A DNA stretch of 63,793 nucleotides, counting the filler, from Atractiella rhizophila (taxonomy: Eukaryota): NCBI GenBank assembly GCA_021432655.1. It is 4 parts of 3 records of this genome, joined end to end, with 100 filler letters (N's around TTAATTAATTAA, not from the genome) between each part and the next. Parts side by side here need not be neighbours in the genome. Positions count along the whole stretch, not along the records: positions 28,382 to 59,578 come from MU271699.1; positions 59,679 to 63,793 come from MU271729.1; 2 more parts are not named here. One strand, written 5' to 3'. The translations under genes were made by a program, and so were the position numbers. A model generated the notes under the pieces. The model saw only the letters and a list, made by a program, of their open reading frames with translations, searched no databases and was not told where the DNA came from. Positions 56,536 through 63,793 of this stretch are shown piece by piece; the stretch's first letter is position 1, and each line of letters begins with the position of its first letter.

Positions 56536-56721
56536 ATGAAAGTCGTCGCTCTTCTCTCTTTCCTCGTCGCATTTGGCGCAGCTTTGCCAACTGCTAAGGC
56601 AACCGTGACTACCTCCACTACTACCTCCGCTACTGCCACTACGACGACACCGCTCTTCACCAACCGTCCCAAGTATTGCCCATGGGACGGGACTAAGGCG
56701 AAGCGCTGCATTGGCTCTTGA
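56536..56721 (+). CDS. Small secreted peptide precursor, paralogue 1 (61 aa)
   Basis: MKVVALLSFLVAFGAALP signal peptide, Thr-rich spacer, C-terminal YCPWDGTKAKRCIGS*; putative 5'-UTR intron GTGAGCC...CTGAT...GAAG. Confidence 0.75.
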   Translation: MKVVALLSFLVAFGAALPTAKATVTTSTTTSATATTTTPLFTNRPKYCPWDGTKAKRCIGS

Positions 56722-57580
56722 GGAGCTTCGCACATGTACAGATTTCTGCCAAGATCAAAATGTTTGCTAACTCCCATAGACAAGTGCCTATCCTGCTCGG
56801 ATGAAGCCCAAGCCCCTTTCCACTCTTTGACATTCGCGGAGCAGTGGAACGGACCATTGTCACTGTCACTCTCTTCATTCTCGTCATGCGGTTCTTCGTT
56901 TGTTCTGGCTCAGTTTTCGCAATACCTTCATTTACTAGGAGTACAACTTGTAATCGTTCTATCAGGTGGTGCCGTAGCAGTGAATTCTTAGATAACGCGT
57001 TCTCTGTACTGTCTCAAGGAAGAAAACAATATGACTCATCGAACATTCTCGTGACTGACCCAGATGAGAGAGCTCATCCTTGCATCCATTCTGTTTCTCT
57101 TTGCGTTGGAGACGAAAGCGAATAAGGTTGCTGCCACCTTTGCTACGTTGAATTCTACCGCTCAGAGCTTTTGGGTATCATTGACATATCTGTTTGAGTT
57201 GTGTCCCAACATCGGATGTTGATATTGGCTCATTGTTTGCTTTTGATGGGATGATACCGAGTTCGGAATAACTGCCTTGTGTTCCACAATTCGCATTCGG
57301 CCTTCCCGAAGGAATTCAATAGCATTGTCCAGCACAGGAGATAATTTCTCTTGGATGTGGCTTGGCCCTTGTTGCCCGTACAGTTGTTCCGGAGTCAGAG
57401 ACCCACAAACGTTAGGAAAGGTTTGGGAAAATGTACAGTTAAAAGGACGAGCAAGTGTTCCTGGTATTTATTACCCTTACCGTCAGCACCACAGGAAGCC
57501 CTTCATCCTCTCTGCGCTGAGCTTTTGTGAGCCATACCACTCTCGTTCTCTTTGCGAGGCTGATCTTGCCATATACGAAG

Positions 57581-57757
57581 ATGATGCAGCTTCTCGCTTT
57601 TCTCTTTCCCCTCCTTATAGTCGTGGCGGCTCTCCCTGCTCCTCAAGATCTTGAGCTTCCGACAAGCAGATTAGCCAAACCCAAGCCAAGCCCAACGGAA
57701 GGTCCGATATACTGCCCATGGGAGGGAACCAAAGTGAAGCGTTGTATTGGGTCTTGA
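57581..57757 (+). CDS. Small secreted peptide precursor, paralogue 2 (58 aa)
   Basis: MMQLLAFLFPLLIVVAALP signal peptide, Pro-rich spacer, C-terminal YCPWEGTKVKRCIGS*; same putative 5'-UTR intron pattern. Confidence 0.75.
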   Translation: MMQLLAFLFPLLIVVAALPAPQDLELPTSRLAKPKPSPTEGPIYCPWEGTKVKRCIGS

Positions 57758-59578
57758 GGGTGGATCAACAGTGCCTGTAAGCCCTTTCATAGTTGATATT
57801 GGTTTTTGTGGTAATTGCAATATCGAACAGGAGTGGTTTCCAGTTAGATACGAATTCTCGGCGTACCATTTAGTGGAATAGACAATCTTCGCTCTCTTAG
57901 CATAATGTTGTAGAACTCGTCTTACTCGGCAGAACACGATGCTTCGTGTAGTTCTGTAGTCATAGGGAGGTAACCTCCCAAGCAGGGTTTCCGACATCCA
58001 CTCACACAGGCGAATGCGCGAGAGTGAGGTGGCACATCATAAACGAGAGAGACGACTTTTCTAAGATAGGATGATCATATCACAGAATGCTACTAACACA
58101 CAGACAGAAAAACCTAGATAAACAGATGGTTGTCCTCCTGGACAGTCGCTATCGACTACCCCCAGCTTCTTTCATCATTCTGCATAAGTGTGCAAGAGGG
58201 TCATATTTCCCTGAATTCATCTGTTTCCTCGTCCTGCAGCTGATAAAATGTTCCTTGATCGTAGCTGGTCTTTTCTTGTTTGTTACCGCTGGAGGAGCAA
58301 TGAGCTTTGTCTATGGATGGGAAGTAAATTACCAAAGCGGCAAACTCCAACACAACTCTGTCCCAATAGCCAGCTATTGAAAGAGTTCGTGGGGTCAATT
58401 TCTTTTTCTCCCACCCAACAGCGCGTAACGGTGAGAGGAGGAAAGGAGATTCGAACATCGTAGGTGCTTGCTAAAGGATCTCCCGCCATAAGAAGGTCAA
58501 GAAGTGCAGTCTCTGTGATTAGGCGCGTGAGGGATTCGGAGAAGTAGTACACAATGTCGTCTTTGTTCTCCTCGAGCCCTTTCCGTTCATTTAACACTTT
58601 TCAGTCGGAAGCGAGAAGATCTCACTATCGAATAATTGGTTTCTTGTTGACATTTACCAATGTGTTCCGTGCTCCCCACAGTATGGATCTGGATCTTGTG
58701 TTCCTTCCTCGCTTTCCACCATCGCGTGCTTTTATTTCACTCTCAATCATGAAGGGATGATGACTCTAACCGATATTGACAGAGCAGTGTGCATTGCATT
58801 CTAAGTTCTTCTGCCCTAGATATCATAGAGCATATGCTGGATACCATTCAGTGGTTGTTGAGGACAACCATGTTGGCTTCCGTCTGATCGAAGTAATGTT
58901 TTTTCATCACACTAGGCTGTTTGCTAGGTTCGCAAAGCATTGTTCGGCCGGCCATCGTGTGCCAATTCGTTTAACAACGGCTTTACAGCTCTGAGGACTT
59001 CGAAATACATGGCACGTCGGCTCAAGTGATGGCCTTCCTGACTCCTAAATCCCAAGCGAATGGCCACACAAAAAAAAACGAATGTCTACATTCACGGCGC
59101 GAACCAGCTGATTATTTAGCTTATATTACAGGCCAAGTGACCATGCCAACGACCAATGTTTGCTAGTTGATCCCCGTTATACAGCAAATAGTAGGCAGAA
59201 GTGAGTCAATCCCCCTCAAATGCCTGGCTTTGGCGCGATCAGTCTCGGACCTGCTCGGACCATCCATCTCCCCTATCAATGCAATCGCTTCTTGCCTGTC
59301 ATCCTGGTGGTACTGGGGAGGAGTGAAGGCATCGCTACCGATACTGAGATATACTGGTAGTACAAAGTCCTCAGCGACCAGCGACGGTAATTGCACACCC
59401 GTCCTTGACGGAGTAGAGCGGTAGCTATGTTGCACGAAGTTCTCCTGCTGCAATGTTGAGTTCAGAGACGAGCTGTGCCACACGGATCGTGACGGGCTGC
59501 CAGTCCCCGACCTGCGAATGACACGGAAGGAGGCTTGGAAACGAAAACAGAACCACCAACAGAAGGTACACGGAATGA

Positions 59579-59678
59579 NNNNNNNNNNNNNNNNNNNNNN
59601 NNNNNNNNNNNNNNNNNNNNNNTTAATTAATTAANNNNNNNNNNNNNNNNNNNNNNNNNNNNNNNNNNNNNNNNNNNN
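59579..59678. other. Artificial contig linker
   Basis: N44-TTAATTAATTAA-N44. Confidence 0.95.
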
Positions 59679-61424
59679 TGCTTATATATTTTCGGAGAGT
59701 GGACATGTGAAGAGTCGGTTTGAGTGTAAGGACGGAAAGAGCAAGGAGCAGCCGCCGAAGAAGAAGCTGAAGACGAGGACACATATTGTCGTCGGAAGTG
59801 GGAATGGGAACGTGAAAACTGAAATCGTACGTTATGACCTTCCTCTTTTCTCTGTGCTTCCCCTCCCCGAATTGGACGGTTCTGATGATTGCACGTTACA
59901 GTTCTCGCGACATTCAAAACAGCTCGTAACACTCCACCTTCGGTCGTCCAACGGCAACATCCAGCTCTTCCTCCCACCACAATTCTCCGGGCCGCTCTCC
60001 TTCAAAATCAAAGGAGGAGTCTTCCGCCCGTCGCCCCTAATGCGCAAACGCCTCAACCTCTGGCAATTAGACCAGGGTATTGGAGTCGGAGAGATTCTCA
60101 ACAAACCGAAAGGAAAGAAAGCGGCGAGCGGATACAACTTTCCGGTGCAGGAGGAGGAGCAGGATGCTGAGGATAGCGAGGAGGAAACGGGGAGGAGGGG
60201 AAGCGGCGGCATNNNNNNNNNNNNNNNNNNNNNNNNNGTAACATGTCGCGTGATGTCTACCATGAAAAAGCGATCATAGACAGACATCAAAACGACTACC
60301 ACACTTGAGTCGTTAATATAGCACCGAGAGTCAAGAAGAGCGTGCTGTCTTCTCCTGCCTAAAGGCCGGTTTCGTCCTACTAGAGAAACTTGAGAAATTG
60401 TGTCTTCGAACAAGCTCAACAACGCTAAAGGACTGCTCTCATTTCCTAAGGCGTTAGTAACCGTACTCACCCTTCTTGGAACTCTACAAGAACTGACTTC
60501 AACCGTAGTGAAAAGTGCGCATCCAAAAGAGCATTCTTATACCTTCCTTCAGGACTCCTGCGTTCGTCAAATGAAGAGCTCGTAATGTTCTTCAAGGGAC
60601 ATTTACGATGTCCACCAGACAAGGAATGTTTCATGCAGGACTTGTGACGATATTTGTGCGTGACTGATAGACAGTCACTGGAACAGGAAATAGAGTTGTG
60701 ACAGTGACGAAAGCCATAGTGGGTTGAGTGACTAGCTAAGCTTTACGACGCTGTCGAACGTTTACAGAAGTAACAAGCTGGTCTCTGGAACTTTAGTCAG
60801 TACAGGCTTAGGATGGAGAGTGCCTAACTGCTAGCGGACGAAGCTGGGATGGAGTACTACGCAAGGCTGACCCCTCTGATGAGTTTCTTCATAACCCTTC
60901 TCCAAAACCCACGTGGTCGACCTCTAAACCTACTACGCTTCTTTCCTCCTTACCTATCCTACTCCCCAAACTACTTCCTCGAACTATCCAAGTCGTACAG
61001 GTTGCACCCGTACATGCCAATACCGATACGGGTTTGTTACATACCTTACTACCCGCTGTATCTTTCCTTCGGTTGCTACACTCAGCATCGGTCTTGACGA
61101 AAGTCAATAACAACATTACGATACAAAGGTGCCATATACACTTGCGGCTCAGTTGCGCTGGCTGACAGGTCCTTAATATCTCCTTTATACATGCTTCAGG
61201 CACTACTGCGGTACGCTGCAAGTTCTTTACTGTGTCAAGAAAGGGAGTAGGAGAAGGAGCGGAAAGAAGAGGGTTCCAAGGAGGGGTTCAAGTATGTATA
61301 TGTCGCTTGGTGGTATTGTGAACTAAAGCTGTCGTAGGAACAGTCCTTAGTGGAGGTTGGGTAGGGAGCATTGCTGTCAGTAGCGAGAGTGCTACGGGGC
61401 GAAGGGGAGGAGGGGCAAAGGAGG
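59679..61424 (+). CDS. Hypothetical beta-strand-repeat protein with C-terminal CaaX (CVIS); last part mirrored at 61221-61424
   Basis: Native 59679-60212 (LHLRSSNGNIQLFLPPQFSGPLSF). Reading 61424 to 61221 backwards overlaps 60180-60212 and continues GIVRAMTVVTRDG...EEEDEGKNCVIS*. Confidence 0.7.
60238..61424. other. Mirrored block C (SEC10 3' exons plus 3' end of the neighbouring + gene)
   Basis: Native GKINS joins complement IVQRTTD in frame at 61425/60238. Confidence 0.93.
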
Positions 61425-63793
61425 GAATTGATTTTCCCTTCTATTCGCACCACCAGATGATTGTTGTAGATCGACATCTCTCGACGAACAGTGACTGAGG
61501 ACGAAGCAAGTGGCAAAAGCGCCGTTGTCACGTAGCGTTGCATGAGATGCATGACCATGTCTGCTAGGCGGATGGCAGCAATGGGTTTAAGGTCAGGTTC
61601 CACCTTTCCGTCATAACTAGAAATGGAAGCTAAGGCGCTATCGAGAAGGCAAGTCAATTCAAAGTAAGAGTGAAGAAGCAAGGACAAACGTGTCTAGTGC
61701 AGTTTCGATATACGCTCGCCCATAGCTGTCAGCCAGCAGACGCATGAGCATAAATGAGCTCTTTGGTCTAGCTATCCTTATCAGCCAGCGGGCCGTATGA
61801 GGGGAAATACATACACATCCCCAGGTGGACTCAACTCGACCATTCGTCCGACAGCTTCTGCGTGCCATTTGAGCATCTTTTCCGCCCTCTCCAAGTCAAG
61901 GTTCCCATCCCCTTCTTTGACATCCACGCGCTCTTCTACAATCTCCTCCTTTCCCTCCGACTTACTCATACCAGATATCTTGAGCAAATTCTTGAATCGA
62001 GAATATTCCGCTGAATCTGCTTGGGTCTGAAACGAGGAGGCAGCTGACGTTTGGGCAGCATGAGCGGCGGCAGATACTTGATTCACCATTCGATCAAATA
62101 GTGTGTTGGAAGGCTTCGTCTTATTAGCTTGTCGCTGCTTTACTTGTGAGTTCCTCCACCATAGGAGAGGAGAGGACACGCACATGCCACTCTGTGAATT
62201 TGAGCAAGAAACTCGCATACAGCTCGTTCAAGCTCTTGACCTCCTTTTCAAGGTATCGATTCCCCTCAGCCTCCATCCACGGAACGAAGACTTCCTCCAC
62301 GATCTGGTCGAGCATCCCTGTCAGGGAGCCGATGCTTTGACCAGATACGCCAGGTATCGACATTTCGGCCTTCGTCGGGGAGAGAAGGGTCTCTGCACGA
62401 GTAGGAGAGAGTGGGGAGACGGAAGATAGGGTTGTGGTGCGGAAGAATTCGAGAGACTTGATGTCTTCTACGAGTTGGGTTGTTTGAGACCGTGCGAGAT
62501 GGAGAATGCGTAGGAAGGCGAGGGTGGAAGTCGTGGTAGAAGCGGTCAGGAGACGCTCGAGGTAGTTTTGTATCTAATTCATCACTTGTGAAGAGTGTGG
62601 CATAGAGTGAACATGAATAGACCTACGACTTGACCAAAGACCCTCTGCAAGAAAACACTCATGACGGTTCCAGGATTGGGGAAAACGGCATTGATTATGT
62701 GTGCCTCATTTTGAACCGTTTCTTTGATCTCTTTATACAGATGAGTGAGACCTGGCTCTGATTTTGGTGGCAGTGATTCAGGAAATGGTAGTGACTCCCA
62801 GCTGAGCATCACATCAATGTCAGAACCAGAAGAGCAAGCACGGACGGAACGTACATGACTCCATCTTCTATACGTTCTGCATACGAAATTCGATCCTTTG
62901 AATAGAAGAAATCGTGCTGGTTGACGAATATTTGCACACAAGAATTCCCCCCATTGAATTCGAGAAGCACTTGGGCACAATGCTATACTACAACATCAAT
63001 ACTCTTCTTTCTGTAAGGAAAAAACTTGCGCTCATCATTTTAGGGTCTCCTTTGCGATAAGCCTTATCAAACAACCTCAGAATCTCCTTTTCGAACCTCT
63101 CGCAATACTTCTCGATCCTATCTCGCGTCTCCTCTCCACCATCGAGGCCTCCAGAATCTTGAATAGATTTCGAGATAGCAACCAGGCGTCTGCAAGCGAT
63201 GGCGATCTTCAACCGTCCTTCTTTCCCTCCATTTTTTCGCAACGTTTCCAAGCGCGTCGTGTCCCCTCGCCAGAAATCGTTGTAATACAGAATCAGATCG
63301 TGTGCTTCGGACGCACGGTCGCGTTGTCGGGACAGAGATTCTAATTGTTCACCTGAAGGGCAGAGCATTAGTTCCATATTGCACCGTTATCTCTCCAGCA
63401 ATTGCACAAATGTGCAGTAGTAACCAAGCTCAAGTAACATATGCTGCTCCCATTCTCTCTTAACAGCGCGACGGACAGATCACACATTATATCTAACTGG
63501 TAGCCGAGCACGACGGGCGTTAAACCACACTTGTGTGAATGGACTCGAAACGCTCCCCAACAAGCTAAACAGCACGTAACACAAAACCTAAATATCATAA
63601 CACAGATGAGGAACATACCAATTCCCACAGCTCTCCTCCCAACCTCCCCAATCCTACCTTCCATCGCGCGCTCGAAATCCTTCTCCAAGTTCTCCCATCC
63701 TTCCTCCGCCTTCTTCACCGTGCGCTTCCATTCCTTCTCTTGTTTCGAGCATTCCCCTTGGATGGTCTGAATCTCTTGCTGAACCTGCCGACG
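60238..63793 (-). CDS. SEC10: Exocyst complex component Sec10, 5' end outside window; 3' exons mirrored at 60238-61082
   Basis: IGEVGRRAVGIGEQLESL, IEKYCERFEKEILRLFDKAYR, IINAVFPNPGTVMSVFLQRVF, KMLKWHAEAVGRMVELS. Complement of 60238-61082 gives RQKRTDFRPK, GKNLEMFLTEVG, EHYKKFPVNATGG, RPYLMMRSDW...KPTM*. Confidence 0.94.
63408..63570 (-). ncRNA. Candidate intronic box H/ACA snoRNA in SEC10 intron 63353-63618
   Basis: 266-nt intron, against ~55-70 nt typical here, with hairpin - ATATAA (ANANNA, 63487-63492) - hairpin - ACA+3 nt (63411-63413). Confidence 0.5.

Noticed and set aside
56707..56721. CIGS as a CaaX lipopeptide mating pheromone
   Set aside because: The precursors have ER signal peptides and a second conserved Cys, Gly at a2 is a poor CaaX residue, and the neighbouring receptor is not Ste3-like.

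Overview
Eukaryotic, intron-rich fungal (basidiomycete-type) genomic sequence with short GT-AG introns and CTRAC-like branch points. It is not one clean contig: three 100-bp N44-TTAATTAATTAA-N44 linkers join four pieces, and there are six further N gaps. Genes recognised: mitochondrial ribosomal proteins (RNase III-like MrpL15 type, Rsm10/uS10m, MrpL35/mL38), a Zn2Cys6 transcription factor, a MATE transporter fragment, tafazzin head-to-head with cysteinyl-tRNA synthetase, AVL9, an aldo-keto (pyridoxal) reductase, a Yor1-like ABCC transporter, a cyclin-like protein, a Git3/Gpr1-like GPCR, SEC10, and several hypothetical proteins. A full-length but mutated Ty1/copia LTR element (301-bp LTRs, ACAAC TSD) sits inside a three-copy tandem orphan gene family. 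The main structural observation is that four blocks abutting N gaps (6163-6815, 7344-~8150, ~32344-35764, 60238-61424), and probably a fifth (2760-~3400), are written backwards without complementation. Un-mirroring them restores missing exons of the TF, AVL9, the AKR and SEC10. It also reveals things a six-frame scan cannot see: a micro-exon cysteine-rich secreted protein, a CaaX C-terminus, and part of a long structured intronic RNA. The best candidates for new biology are two paralogous secreted peptides ending YCPW(D/E)GTK(A/V)KRCIGS next to the GPCR, the hidden 6-Cys secreted protein, and intronic ncRNA candidates in AVL9, SEC10 and CysRS.
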